Positions 24,201 to 39,200 of a DNA stretch of 64,000 nt are shown one piece after another. Position numbers and translations under genes: made by a program. The notes under the pieces are model-generated. The model did no database searches, was not told where the DNA came from, and was given only the letters and a program-made list of their open reading frames with translations. Every line of letters starts with the position of its first letter. The stretch's first letter is position 1. The DNA lies in NCBI GenBank assembly GCA_032718475.1, contig JAUCBJ010001720.1:1-64000 (forward strand). Reading direction: 5' to 3'. This stretch comes from Nemertoderma westbladi. Taxonomy: Eukaryota; Animalia; Xenacoelomorpha.

Positions 24201-27200
24201 CCTGTAACTATGTAACGCCAAACATGTGACTATGTAACGCCCAACCTGTAACTATGTAACACCTAACCTGTAACTATGTAACGCCCAACCAGAAACTATG
24301 TAACGCCCAACCAGTAACTATGTAACGCCCAACCAGTAACTATGTAGCGCCCAACCAGTAATTATGTAACGCCCAACCAGTAACTATGTAACGCCCAACT
24401 AGTAACTATGTAACGCCCAACCAGTAACTATGTAATGCCCAATCTGTAACTATGTAACGCCAAACCTGCAGCTATGTAACGCCCAACCTGTGACTATGTA
24501 ACTCCCATCCTGTAACTATGTAACAATAAACCTGTAACTATATAACGCCCAACCAGTAACTATGTAACGCCCAACCAGTAACTATGTAACGCCCAACCTG
24601 TAACTATGTAACGCCCAACCAGTAACTATGTAACGCCCAACCAGTAACTATGTAACACCGAACCTGTAACTATGTAACGCCCAACCAGTAACTATGTAAC
24701 GCCCAACCAGTAACTATGTAACGCCCAACCTGTAACTCTGTAACGCCAAACCTGTAGCTATGTAACGCTCAACCTGTAACTATGTAACGCCCAACCAGTA
24801 ACTATGTATCGCCCAGCCTGTAACTAGGTAACGTCCAATCTGTAACTATGTAACGCTCAACCTGTAACTATGTAACGCTCAACCTGTAAGTATGTACGGC
24901 TCAACCTGTTACTATGTATTGCCCAACCTGTAACTATGTAACGCCAAACATGTGACTATGTAACGCCCAACCTGTAACTATGTAACACCTAACCTGTAAC
25001 TATGTAACGCCCAACCAGAAACTATGTAACGCCAAACCAGTAACTATGTAACGCCCAACCTGTAACTATGTAACGCCAAACCTGTAGCTATGTAACGCCC
25101 AACCTGTGACTATGTAACTCCCATCCTGTAACTATGTAACAATAAACCTGTAACTATATAACGCCCAACCAGTAACTATGTAACGCCCAACCAGTAACTA
25201 TGTAACGCCCAACCTGTAACTATGTAACACCGAACCTGTAACTATGTAACGCCCAACCAGTAACTATGTAACGCCCAACCAGTAACTATGTAACGCCCAA
25301 CCAGTAACTATGTAACGCCCAACCTGTAACTATGTAACGCTCAACCTGTAACTATGCAACGCCCAACCTGTAACTGTGTAGCGCCAAACTTGTAACTCTG
25401 TAACGCTCAACCTGTAACTATGTAACGCCCAATCTGTAACTATGTAACGCTCAACATGTAACTATGTGACGCTCAACCTGTAACTATGTAACGCCCAATC
25501 TGTAACTATGTAATGCCCAACCTGTAACTATGTAACGCCCAACCTGTAACTATGTAACGCCCAACCAGTAACTATGTAACGCCCAACCTGTAACTATGTA
25601 ACGCCCAACCTGTAACTCTGCAACGCCAAACCTGTAGCTATGTAACACCTAACCTGTAACTATGTAACACCTAACCTGTAACTATGCAACACCCAACCAG
25701 TAACTATGTAACGCCCAACCTGTAACTATCTAACGCCCAACCTGTAACTATGTAACACCTAACCTGTAACTATGTAACGCCCAACCAGTAACTATGTAAC
25801 GCCCAACCTGTAACTATGTAACGCAAAACTTGTAACTATGTAACACCTAACCTGTAACTATGCAACGCCCAACCAGTAACTATGTAACGCCCAACCAGTA
25901 ACTATGTAACGCCCAACCTGTAACTATGTAACGCAAAACCTGTAGCTATGTAACGCTCAACCTGTAACTATGTAACACCTAACCTGTAACTATGCAAAGC
26001 ACAACCTGTAACTCTGTAACGCCCAACCAGTAACTATGTAACGCCCAACCTGTAACTATCTAACGCCCAACCTGTAACTATGTAACGTCCAACCAGTAAC
26101 TATGTAACGCCCAACCAGTAACTATGCAACGCCCAACCAGTAACTATGTACCGCCAAACCTGTAACTCTGTAACGCCAAACCTGTAGCTATGTAACGCTC
26201 AACCTGTAACTATGTAACGCCCAACCAGTAACTATGTATCGCCCAGCCTGTAACTAGGTAACGTCCAATCTGTAGCTATGTAACGCTCAACCTGTAACTA
26301 TGTAACGCTCAACCTGTAACTATGCAACGCCCAACCTGTAACTGTGTAACGCCAAACTTGTAGCTATGTAACGCTCAACCTGTAACTATGTAACGCCCAA
26401 TCTGTAACTATGTAACGCTCAACATGTAACTATGTAACGCTCAACCTGTAACTCTGTAACGCTCAACCAGTAACTATGTAACGCCCAACCTGTAACTATG
26501 TAACGCCCAACCTGTAACTCTGCAACGCAAAACCTGTAACTATGTAACACCTAACCTGTAACTATGCAACGCTCAACCAGTAACTATGTAACGCCCAACC
26601 AGTAACTATCTAACGCCCAACCTGTAACTATGTAACACCTAACCTGTAACTATGTAACGCCCAACCAGTAACTATGTAACGCCCGACCTGTAACTATGTA
26701 ACGCAAAACCTGTAACTATGTAACACCTAACCTGTAACTATGCAACGCCCAACCAGTAACTATGTAACGCCCAACCAGTAACTATGTAACGCCCAACCTG
26801 TAACTATGTAACGCAAAACCTGTAGCTATGTAACGCTCAACCTGTAACTATGTAACACCTAACCTGTAACTATGCAAAGCCCAACCAGTAACTATGTAAC
26901 GCCCAACCAGTAACTATGTAACGCCCAACCAGTAACTATGTAACGCCCAACCTGTAACTATCTAACGCCCAACCTGTAACTATGTAACACCTAACCTGTA
27001 ACTATGTAACGCCCAACCAGTAACTATGTAACGCCCAACTTGTAACTATGTAACGCAAAACCTGTAACTATGTAACACCTAACCTGTAACTATGTAACGC
27101 CCAACCAGTAACTATGTAACGCCCAACCAGTAACTATGTAACGCCCAACCTGTAACTATCTAACGCCCAACCTGTAACTATGTAACACCTAACCTGTAAC

Positions 27201-30200
27201 TATGTAACGCCCAACCAGTAACTATGTAACGCCCAACTTGTAACTATGTAACGCAAAACCTGTAACTATGTAACACCTAACCTGTAACTATGTAACGCCC
27301 AACCAGTAACTATGTAACGCCCTACCAGTAACTATGTAACGCCCAACCTGTAAATATGTAACGCCCAACCAGTAACTATGTAACGCCCAACCAGTAACTA
27401 TGTAACGCCCAACCTGTAAATATGTAACACCTAACCTGTAACTATGTAACGCCCAACCAGTAACTATGTAACGCCCAACCTGTAACTATGTAACACCTAA
27501 CCTGTAACTATGTAACGCTTAACCTGTAGCTATGTAACGCCCAATCTGTAACTATATAACGCTTAACCTGTAGATATGTAACGCCCAATCTGTAACTATG
27601 TAACACCTAACCTGCAACTATGCAAAGCCCAACCAGTAACTATGTAACGCCCAACCAGTAACTATGTAACGCCCAACCTGTAACTATGTAACTCCCATCC
27701 TGTAACTATGTAACAACCACCTGTAAATATGTAACGCTCAACCTGTAACTATGTAACGTCCAACCTATAACTATATAACGCTCAACCTGTAACTATGTAA
27801 CGATCAACCTGTAACTATGTAACGCTCAACCTGTTACTATGTAACGCTCAACCTGAAACTATGTATCGCCCAATCTGTAACTATGTAACGCTCAACCTGT
27901 GACTATGTAACGCTCAACCTGTAGCTATGTAACGCCCAATCTGTAACTATGTAACGCTCAACCTGTAACTATGTAACACCTAACCTGTAACTATGTAACG
28001 CCCAACCAGTAACTATGTAACGCTCAACCTGTAACTATGTAACGCCCAACCTGTAACTATGTAACGCCCAACCTGTAACTATGTAACGCTCAACCTGTAA
28101 CTATGTAACGCCTAACCTGTAACTACGTAACGCTTAACTTGTAACAATGTAATTCTCAACCTGTAACTATAATCGCTCAACCTGTAACTATGTAACGCCC
28201 TACCTGTAGCTATGTAACGCTCAAACTGTAACTATGTAACACCTAACCTGTAACTATGTAACGCCCAACCAGTAACTATGTAACGCTCAACCTGTAACTA
28301 TGTAACGCCCAACCTGTAACTATGTAACTCCCATCCTGTAACTATGTAACAACCAACCTGTAAATATGTAACGCTCAACCTGTAACTATGTAACGTCCAA
28401 CCTATAACTATATAACGCTCAACCTGTAACTATGTAACGATCAACCTGTAACTATGTAACGCTCAACCTGTTACTATGTAACGCTCAACCTGTAACTATG
28501 TATCGCCCAATCTGTAACTATGTAACGCTCAACCTGTGACTATGTAACGCTCAACCTGTAGCTATGTAACGCCCAATCTGTAACTATGTAACGCTCAACC
28601 TGTAACTATGTAACACCTAACCTGTAACTATGTAACGCCCAACCAGTAACTATGTAACGCTCAACCTGTAACTATGTAACGCCCAACCTGTAACTATGTA
28701 ACGCCCAACCTGTAACTATGTAACGCTCAACCTGTAACTATGTAACGCCTAACCTGTAACTACGTAACGCTTAACTTGTATCAATGTAATGCTCAACCTG
28801 TAACTATAATCGCTCAACCTGTAACTATGTAACGCCCTACCTGTAGCTATGTAACGCTCAACCTGTAACTATGTAACGCCCAACCTGTAACTATGTAACG
28901 CCCAACCTGTAACTATGTAACGCTCAACCTGTAACTATGTAACGCCTAACCTGTAACTACGTAACGCTTAACTTGTGACAATGTAATGCTCAACCTGTAA
29001 CTATAATCGCTCAACCTGTAACTATGTAACGCCCAACCTGTAACTATGTAACGCTCAACCTGTAACTATGTAACGCCCAACCTGTAACCATGTAACGCCC
29101 AACCTGTAACTATGTAACACCCAACCTGTAACTATGTAACGCCTAACCTGTAACTATGTAACGCCCAACCTGTAACTATGTAACGCCCAACCTGTAACTA
29201 TGTAACGCCCAACTTGTAACTATGTAACGCCCAACCTGTAACTATGTAACGCCCAACCTGTAACTATGTAACGCCCAACCTGTAACTATGTAACGCCCAA
29301 CCTGTAACTATGTAACGCTCAACCTGTAACTATGTAACGCCCAACCTGTAACTATGTAACGCCCAACCTGTAACTATGTAACGCCCAACCTGTAACTCTG
29401 TAACGCCAAACCTGTAACTATGTAACGCCCAACCAGTAACTATGTATCGCCCAGCCTGTAACTAGGTAACGTCCAATCTGTAACTATGTAGCGCTCAACC
29501 TGTAACTATGTAACGCTCAACCTGTAACTATGCAACGCCCAACCTGTAACTGTGTAACGCCAAACTTGTAGCAATGTAACGCTCAACCTGTAACTATGTA
29601 ACGCCCAATCTGTAACTATGTAACGCTCAACATGTAACTATGTAACGCTCAACCTGTAACTATGTAACGCCCAACCTGTAACTATGTAACAACTAATGAT
29701 CTCTCTAACTATAAATTATATTTCATTTCTTTAGTTCCGATGGACAAAGTTGCGAGCCCTCTTGCGGCGGAAAGTTTGTAGCCGAACACGAAAACGATTT
29801 CGGTAACTTCAGTAGCCCGAACTTCCCCTTCGGGAATTACCCGAATAACAAACATTGTGTTTGGCAGATCGTCGCTCCAATTCATTACAAGATAACCCTG
29901 AGGTTCCAGAGTTTCGATCTGGAGGGAAATGAGGTGCGTTCCATTAGCAAATTGTTGAAAGTTGTAGTCAGGCATTTATCTTATGCCACCAATTTGCGCT
30001 GAAGATCAATTCTTTCAATTGCGCGCAATTTCAGCCACAATCTGATAAGGTGGTAGTTATGGTTAAGTGAATAGCGTGTGAACCTGGCATTTAGCTGCAC
30101 TCGCGTCACCTTTTTGGGTCATCATCTTGACCAAGTAGCATTATAAAATCATGTACGCCTAACCTGAAACGTATGTTCCATGCTTTCAATTCCGATGTGG

Positions 30201-33200
30201 TCTAGTGGTTAGGATTCCTGGCTCTCACCCAGGCGGCCCGGGTTCAATTCCCGGCATCGGAACGTACATATTTTTTGTAAACACCCTTACTTACCTAGGT
30301 TTGTAAATACGACCACATCGAGATTCGTGACTCCACGGAATCTGTTCTCCTCGGGAAGTACTGTGGGGAAGTAAGTCCGGGAACCGTAACTTCCGACACA
30401 AACCAGCTGATCGTCACATTTAATTCCGACAACACGGTCAATAAACCAGGATTCCGGTTGCAATGGCATGTTGGTGAGTTGCTGATGTTATTTATTTACT
30501 TATGGCAGAAGGTTTATATAGTATAGTAGATGAGATGACATTACCTTTTTATAGTTAGTGATGACAAAGCTATTTTCCGTAGAATGCGTAGACATTCATT
30601 TAAATTATCAAATTTAATATAATTATTAACAAAACAATTTTCCAGATACCCCAAGATTTATATTTTCTCAAGCGAGAGAACGGGGTCAATTATGAATTTA
30701 GCGGTATGTAGAATTTCGAATAATTTATTTTTTATTTATTATTCTAGATTTGGATGAATGTCAGGACAACAATGGAGGCTGCGAACACATCTGTATAAAT
30801 ACCCACGGATCTTATAATTGTTCTTGCAAGTCCGGATATACATTGCATAGCGATTACAGAGGTGAGAATAACTAACACAGTACCATAGGCCTGTAAAATT
30901 ATGACACTTTTTATAAAAACAGAACGATAATTGGAGGTGAGGCGCCCTTTAAGTTAAAGTGGGCGGTAGGGAGGCATATCATAACGCCAAAAATATTAAA
31001 TTAATTTAATTTGTCGGTATCAATTATTATTTTACTATTTCTTTCGTTAGGTTGTAAAGAATCAGACTGCAGATACGATTTAAGGAACGGTAAAGGAACG
31101 ATTACCAGTTTGGAGTTCCCTAATAATTATCCTAAAAAGAAACATTGCTATTGGAGATTCACTATGCCAGAGGGACATAAAGTCTGTTTGGTGAGTTTCA
31201 TTTACCCTTCGTAATTACTATCTATGGCTGATAAGGCCACAATAAGCCAACGACCCCTTATTAATTGACTACTGATACTGCGGTCCAACCAATGGTCTGC
31301 CTGCGGTCAGTCTTCCAAACCGGAAGGAGGTCACCCCACCTGGACGTCGTTCCGACTTTGCAAAAGCTGTGCCCAACAAAACGTTATAATAATATGAAAA
31401 CACTCATTCACCCATAACACCTAAAATAAAGTCCATCTAATGGCATTCTGAAAAAGTAAAAAGTAAATTTTCTTCGGCCGCTAGGCCAGGGATTACGCAC
31501 AAAGTCTGACGACTTATTTCCAGTGCGGTCCCCCCAGAACTTTACTCCCCAGAGGAAACTCCAGTACTCATGAAACGAAAACTGCCCTGGCCCATGTGAG
31601 AATCGAACCCACGACCTACGGGAGATGTGAATTCAATGCAACCACTACATCAAGGTGGAACCTTCTGTGGTTAATGTAGTACAATGTAAAGGCTGTGTAA
31701 AGGCAGGAAATTTCGCCCTGATGTGTCCCAAGGCAAGACACTTTAGACGTTCAGTGCTTACAAAAAAGCCATTGGTACAATGAGTCGATTTGCCACCTGT
31801 ATGAGCCTATTTGCCACCTATATGACCCGATATGCCACCTATGTGAGCCGATATGCCACCTATGTGAGAGCCGATTTGCCACCTATGTGAGCCGATTTGC
31901 AATCTATGAGCCTATTTGCCATCTATGACCCCTTTAAGAAAATTGTCGCTGGAAATTTGATTATTCATTAAATTTAATACAGAAAATATAATTAATATAA
32001 TAATTTGCTTGTCAGATTTTCCACGATTTCGACTTGGAGGACCACCCTGATTGCGCGTACGACAGCGTTTCGCTGTACGACGGACTCAGTGATTCCGGCC
32101 CGCTAATCAACAAATTTTGCGGACAGAAAAACCCGGGAAAAGTCGAATCGATCTCCAATCAGTTGTTTATGCATTTCGCTAGCGACGCCTCGGTTGCGAG
32201 GAAGGGCTTCAAAATCTCCTACATATCCAGTTAGTAGATGGAACTACAGTAGAATGTTGTAGGTTTAGGTCTCTACATATCCAGTTAGTAGATGGAACTA
32301 CAGTTGAATGTTGTAGGTTTAGGTCTCCTACATATCCAGATAGTAGATGGAACTACAGTAGAATGTTGTAGGTTTAGGTCTCCTACATATCCAGTTAGTA
32401 GATGGAACTACAGTTGAATGTTGTAGGTTTAGGTCTCCTACATATCCAGATAGTAGATGGAACTACAGTAGAATGTTGTAGGTTTAGGTCTCCTACATAT
32501 CCAGTTAGTAGATGGAACTACAGTAGAATGTTGTAGGTTTAGGTCTCCTACATATCCAGTAAGTAGATGGAACTACAGTAGAATGTTGTAGGTTTAGGTC
32601 TCCTACATATCCAGTAAGTAGATGGAACTACAGTAGAATGTTGTAGGTTTAGGTCTCCTACATATCCAGTAAGTAGATGGAACTACAGTAGAATGTTGTA
32701 GGTTTAGGTCTCCTAAATATCCAGTTAGTAGATGGAACTACAGTAGAATGTTGTAGGTTTAGGACCCTACATATCCAGTAAGTAGATGGAACTACAGTAG
32801 AATATTGTAGGTTTAGGTCCCTACATATCCAGTAAGTAGATGGAACTACAGTAGAATGTTGTAGGTTTAGGTCTCCTACATATCCAGTAAGTAGATGGAA
32901 CTACAGTAGAATGTTGTAGGTTTAGGTCTCCTACATATCCAGTAAGTAGATGGAACTACAGTAGAATATTGTAGGTTTAGGACCCTACATATCCAGTAAG
33001 TAGATGGAACTACAGTAGAATGTTGTAGGTTTAGGTCCCTACATATCCAGTTAGTAGATGGAACTACAGTAGAATGTTGTAGGTTTAGGTCTCCTACATA
33101 TCCAGTTAGTAGATGGAACTACAGTAGAATGTTGTAGGTTTAGGTCTCCTACATATCCAGTTAGTAGATGGAACTACAGTAGAATGTTGTAGGTTTAGGA

Positions 33201-36200
33201 CCCTACATATCCAGTAAGTAGATGGAACTACAGTAGAATGTTGTAGGTTTAGGACCCTACATATCCAGTAAGTAGATGGAACTACAGTAGAATGTTGTAG
33301 GTTTAGGTCTCCTACATATCCAGTAAGTAGATGGAACTACAGTAGGATGTTGTAGGTTTAGGTCTCCTACATATCCAGTAAGTAGATGGAACTACAGTAG
33401 AATGTTGTAGGTTTAGGTCCCTACATATCCAGTAAGTAGATGGAACTACAGTAGAATGTTGTAGGTTTAGGTCCCTACATATCCAGTAAGTAGATGGAAC
33501 TACAGTAGAATGTTGTAGGTTTAGGTCTCCTACATATCCAGTTAGTAGATGGAACTACAGTAGAATGTTGTAGGTTTAGGTCTCCTACAGATCCAGTAAG
33601 TAGATGGAACTACAGTAGAATGTTGTAGGATTAGGTCTCCTACATATCCAGTTAGTAGATCGAACTACAGTAGAATGTTGTAGGTTTATGACCCTACATA
33701 TCCAGTTAGTAGATGGAACTACAGTAGAATGTTGTAGGTTTAGGTCTCCTACATATCCAGTAGGTAGATGGAACTACAGTAGAATGTTGTAGGTTTAGGA
33801 CCCTACATATCCAGTTACTAGATGGAACTACAGTAGAATGTTGTAGGTTTAGGTCTCCTACATATCCAGTAGGTAGATGGAACTACAGTAGAATGTTGTA
33901 GGTTTAGGTCTCCTACATATCCAGTAAGTAGATGGAACTACAGTAGAATGTTGTAGGTTTAGGTCTCCTACATATCCAGTAAGTAGATGGAACTACAGTA
34001 GAATGTTGTAGGTTTAGGACCCTACATATCCAGTAAGTAGATGGAACTACAGTAGAATGTTGTAGGTTTAGGTCTCCTACATATCCAGTTAGTAGATGGA
34101 ACTACAGTAGAATGTTGTAGGTTTAGGACCCTACATATCCAGTTAGTAGATGGAACTACAGTAGAATGTTGTAGGTTTAGGTCTCCTACATATCCAGTAA
34201 GTAGATGGAACTACAATAGAATGTTGTAGGTTTAGGTCTCCTACATATCCAGTTAGTAGATCGAACTACAGTAGAATGTTGTAGGTTTAGGTCTCCTACA
34301 TATCCAGTTAGTAGATGGAACTACAGTAGAATGTTGTAGGTTTAGGACCCTACATATCCAGTTAGTAGATGGAACTACAGTAGAATGTTGTAGGTTTAGG
34401 TCTCCTACATATCCAGTAAGTAGATGGAACTACAGTAGAATGTTGTAGGTTTAGGACCCTACATATCCAGTTAGTAGATGGAACTACAATAGAATGTTGT
34501 AGGTTTAGGTCTCCTACATATCCAGTTAGTAGATGGAACTACAGTAGAATGTTGTAGGTTTAGGACCCTACATATCCAGTTAGTAGATGGAACTACAGTA
34601 GAATGTTGTAGGTTTAGGTCTCCTACATATCCAGTTAGTAGATGGAACTACAGTAGAATGTTGTAGGTTTAGGTCTCCTACATATCCAGTTAGTAGATGG
34701 AACTACAGTAGAATGTTGTAGGTTTAGGTCTCCTACATATCCAGTTAGTAGATGGAACTACAGTAGAATGTTGTAGGTTTAGGTCTCCTACATATCCAGT
34801 AAGTAGATGGAACTACAGTAGAATGTTGTAGGTTTAGGACCCTACATATCCAGTTAGTAGATGGAACTACAGTAGAATGTTGTAGGTTTAGGTCTCCTAC
34901 ATATTCAGTTAGTAGATGGAACTACAGTAGAATGTTGTAGGTTTAGGTCTCCTACATATCCAGTAAGTAGATGGAACTACAATAGAATGTTGTAGGTTTA
35001 GGACCCTACATATCCAGTTAGTAGATGGAACTACAGTAGAATGTTGTAGGTTTAGGTCTCCTACATATCCAGTAAGTAGATGGAACTACAGTAGAATGTT
35101 GTAGGTTTAGGACCCTACATATCCAGTAAGTAGATGGAACTACAATAGAATGTTGTAGGTTTAGGTCTCCTACATATCCAGTTAGTAGATGGAACTACAG
35201 TATAATGTTGTAGGTTTAGGACCCTACATATCCAGTTAGTAGATGGAACTACAGTAGAATGTTGTAGGTTTAGGTCTCCAACATATCCAGTTAGTAGATG
35301 GAACTACAGTAGAATGTTGTAGGTTTAGGTCTCCTACATATCCAGTTAGTAGATGGAACTACAGTAGAATGTTGTAGGTTTAGGACCCTACATATCCAGT
35401 TAGTAGATGGAACTACAGTAGAATGTTGTAGGTTTAGGACCCTACATATCCAGTTAGTAGATGGAACTACAGTAGAATGTTGTAGGTTTAGGTCTCCTAC
35501 ATATCCAGTTAGTAGATGGAACTACAGTAGAATGTTATAGGTTTAGAACCCTACATATCCAGTTAGTAGATGGAACTACAGTAGAATGTTGTAGGTTTAG
35601 GTCTCCTACATATCCAGTTAGTAGATGGAACTACAGTAGAATGTTGTAGGTTTAGGACCCTACATATCCAGTTAGTAGATGGAACTACAGTAGAATGTTG
35701 TAGGTTTAGGTCTCCTACATATCCAGTTAGTAGATGGAACTACAGTAGAATGTTGTAGGTTTAGGTCTCCAACATATCCAGTTAGTAGATGGAACTACAG
35801 TAGAATGTTGTAGGTTTAGGACCCTACATATCCAGTTAGTAGATGGAACTACAGTAGAATGTTGTAGGTTTAGGACCCTACATATCCAGTTAGTAGATGG
35901 AACTACAGTAGAATGTTGTAGGTTTAGGACCCTACATATCCAGTTAGTAGATGGAACTACAGTAGAATGTTGTAGGTTTAGGACCCTACATATCCAGTTA
36001 GTAGATGGAACTACAGTAGAATGTTGTAGGTTTAGGACCCTACATATCCAGTTAGTAGATGGAACTACAGTAGAATGTTGTAGGTTTAGGACCCTACATA
36101 TCCAGTTAGTAGATGGAACTACAGTAGAATGTTGTAGGTTTAGGTCTCCAACATATCCAGTTAGTAGATGGAACTACAGTAGAATGTTGTAGGTTTAGGA

Positions 36201-39200
36201 CCCTACATATCCAGTTAGTAGATGGAACTACAGTAGAATGTTGTAGGTTTAGGACCCTACATATCCAGTTAGTAGATGGAACTACAGTAGAATGTTGTAG
36301 GTTTAGGACCCTACATATCCAGTTAGTAGATGGAACTACAGTAGAATGTTGTAGGTTTAGGACCCTACATATCCAGTTAGTAGATGGAACTACAGTAGAA
36401 TGTTGTAGGTTTAGGTCTCCTACATATCCAGTTAGTAGATGGAACTACAATAGAATGTTGTAGGTTTAGGACCCTACATATCCAGTTAGTAGATGGAACT
36501 ACAGTAGAATGTTGTAGGTTTAGGACCCTACATATCCAGTTAGTAGATGGAACTACAGTAGAATGTTGTAGGTTTAGGACCCTACATATCCAGTTAGTAG
36601 ATGGAACTACAGTAGAATGTTGTAGGTTTAGGACCCTACATATCCAGTTAGTAGATGGAACTACAGTAGAATGTTGTAGGTTTAGGACCCATATCCAGTT
36701 AGTAGATGGAACTACAGTAGAATGTTGTAGGTTTAGGACCCTACATATCCAGTTAGTAGATGGAACTACAGTAGAATGTTGTAGGTTTAGGTCCCTACAT
36801 ATCCAGTAAGTAGATGGAACTACAATAGAATGTTGTAGGTTTAGGTCTCCTACATATCCAGTTAGTAGATGGAACTACCGTAAAATGTTGTAGGTTTAGG
36901 ACCCTACATATCCAGTTAGTAGATGGAACTACAGTAGAATGTTGTAGGTTTAGGTCTCCTACATATCCAGTTAGTAGATGGAACTACAGTAGAATGTTGT
37001 AGGTTTAGGTCTCCTACATATCCAGTTAGTAGATGGAACTACCGTAAAATGTTGTAGGTTTAGGACCCTACATATCCAGTTAGTAGATGGAACTACAGTA
37101 GAATGTTGTAGGTTTAGGTCTCCTACATATCCAGTTAGTAGATGGAACTACAGTAGAATGTTGTAGGTTTAGGTCTCCTACATATCCAGTTAGTAGATGG
37201 AACTACAGTAGAATGTTGTAGGTTTAGGACCCTACATATCCAGTTAGTAGATGGAACTACAGTAGAATGTTGTAGGTTTAGGACCCTACATATCCAGTTA
37301 GTAGATGGAACTACAGTAGAATGTTGTAGGTTTAGGTCCCTACATATCCAGTAAGTAGATGGAACTACAATAGAATGTTGTAGGTTTAGGACCCTACATA
37401 TCCAGTTAGTAGATGGAACTACAGTAGAATGTTGTAGGTTTAGGTCCCTACATATCCAGTTAGTAGATGGAACTACAGTAGAATGTTGTAGGTTTAGGAC
37501 CCTACATATCCAGTTAGTAGATGGAACTACAGTAGAATGTTGTAGGTTTAGGTCTCCTACATATCCAGTAGGTAGATGGAACTACAGTAGAATGTTGTAG
37601 GTTTAGGTCTCCTACATATCCAGTAAGTAGATGGAACTACAGTAGAATGTTGTAGGTTTAGGTCTCCTACATATCCAGTAAGTAGATGGAACTACAGTAG
37701 AATGTTGTAGGTTTAGGACCCTACATATCCAGTAAGTAGATGGAACTACAGTAGAATGTTGTAGGTTTAGGTCTCCTACATATCCAGTTAGTAGATGGAA
37801 CTACAGTAGAATGTTGTAGGTTTAGGACCCTACATATCCAGTTAGTAGATGGAACTACAGTAGAATGTTGTAGGTTTAGGTCTCCTACATATCCAGTAAG
37901 TAGATGGAACTACAATAGAATGTTGTAGGTTTAGGTCTCCTACATATCCAGTTAGTAGATCGAACTACAGTAGAATGTTGTAGGTTTAGGTCTCCTACAT
38001 ATCCAGTTAGTAGATGGAACTACAGTAGAATGTTGTAGGTTTAGGACCCTACATATCCAGTTAGTAGATGGAACTACAGTAGAATGTTGTAGGTTTAGGT
38101 CTCCTACATATCCAGTAAGTAGATGGAACTACAGTAGAATGTTGTAGGTTTAGGACCCTACATATCCAGTTAGTAGATGGAACTACAATAGAATGTTGTA
38201 GGTTTAGGTCTCCTACATATCCAGTTAGTAGATGGAACTACAGTAGAATGTTGTAGGTTTAGGACCCTACATATCCAGTTAGTAGATGGAACTACAGTAG
38301 AATGTTGTAGGTTTAGGTCTCCTACATATCCAGTTAGTAGATGGAACTACAGTAGAATGTTGTAGGTTTAGGTCTCCTACATATCCAGTTAGTAGATGGA
38401 ACTACAGTAGAATGTTGTAGGTTTAGGTCTCCTACATATCCAGTTAGTAGATGGAACTACAGTAGAATGTTGTAGGTTTAGGTCTCCTACATATCCAGTA
38501 AGTAGATGGAACTACAGTAGAATGTTGTAGGTTTAGGACCCTACATATCCAGTTAGTAGATGGAACTACAGTAGAATGTTGTAGGTTTAGGTCTCCTACA
38601 TATTCAGTTAGTAGATGGAACTACAGTAGAATGTTGTAGGTTTAGGTCTCCTACATATCCAGTAAGTAGATGGAACTACAATAGAATGTTGTAGGTTTAG
38701 GACCCTACATATCCAGTTAGTAGATGGAACTACAGTAGAATGTTGTAGGTTTAGGTCTCCTACATATCCAGTAAGTAGATGGAACTACAGTAGAATGTTG
38801 TAGGTTTAGGACCCTACATATCCAGTAAGTAGATGGAACTACAGTAGAATGTTGTAGGTTTAGGTCTCCTACATATCCAGTTAGTAGATGGAACTACAGT
38901 ATAATGTTGTAGGTTTAGGACCCTACATATCCAGTTAGTAGATGGAACTACAGTAGAATGTTGTAGGTTTAGGTCTCCAACATATCCAGTTAGTAGATGG
39001 AACTACAGTAGAATGTTGTAGGTTTAGGTCTCCTACATATCCAGTTAGTAGATGGAACTACAGTAGAATGTTGTAGGTTTAGGACCCTACATATCCAGTT
39101 AGTAGATGGAACTACAGTAGAATGTTGTAGGTTTAGGACCCTACATATCCAGTTAGTAGATGGAACTACAGTAGAATGTTGTAGGTTTAGGTCTCCTACA

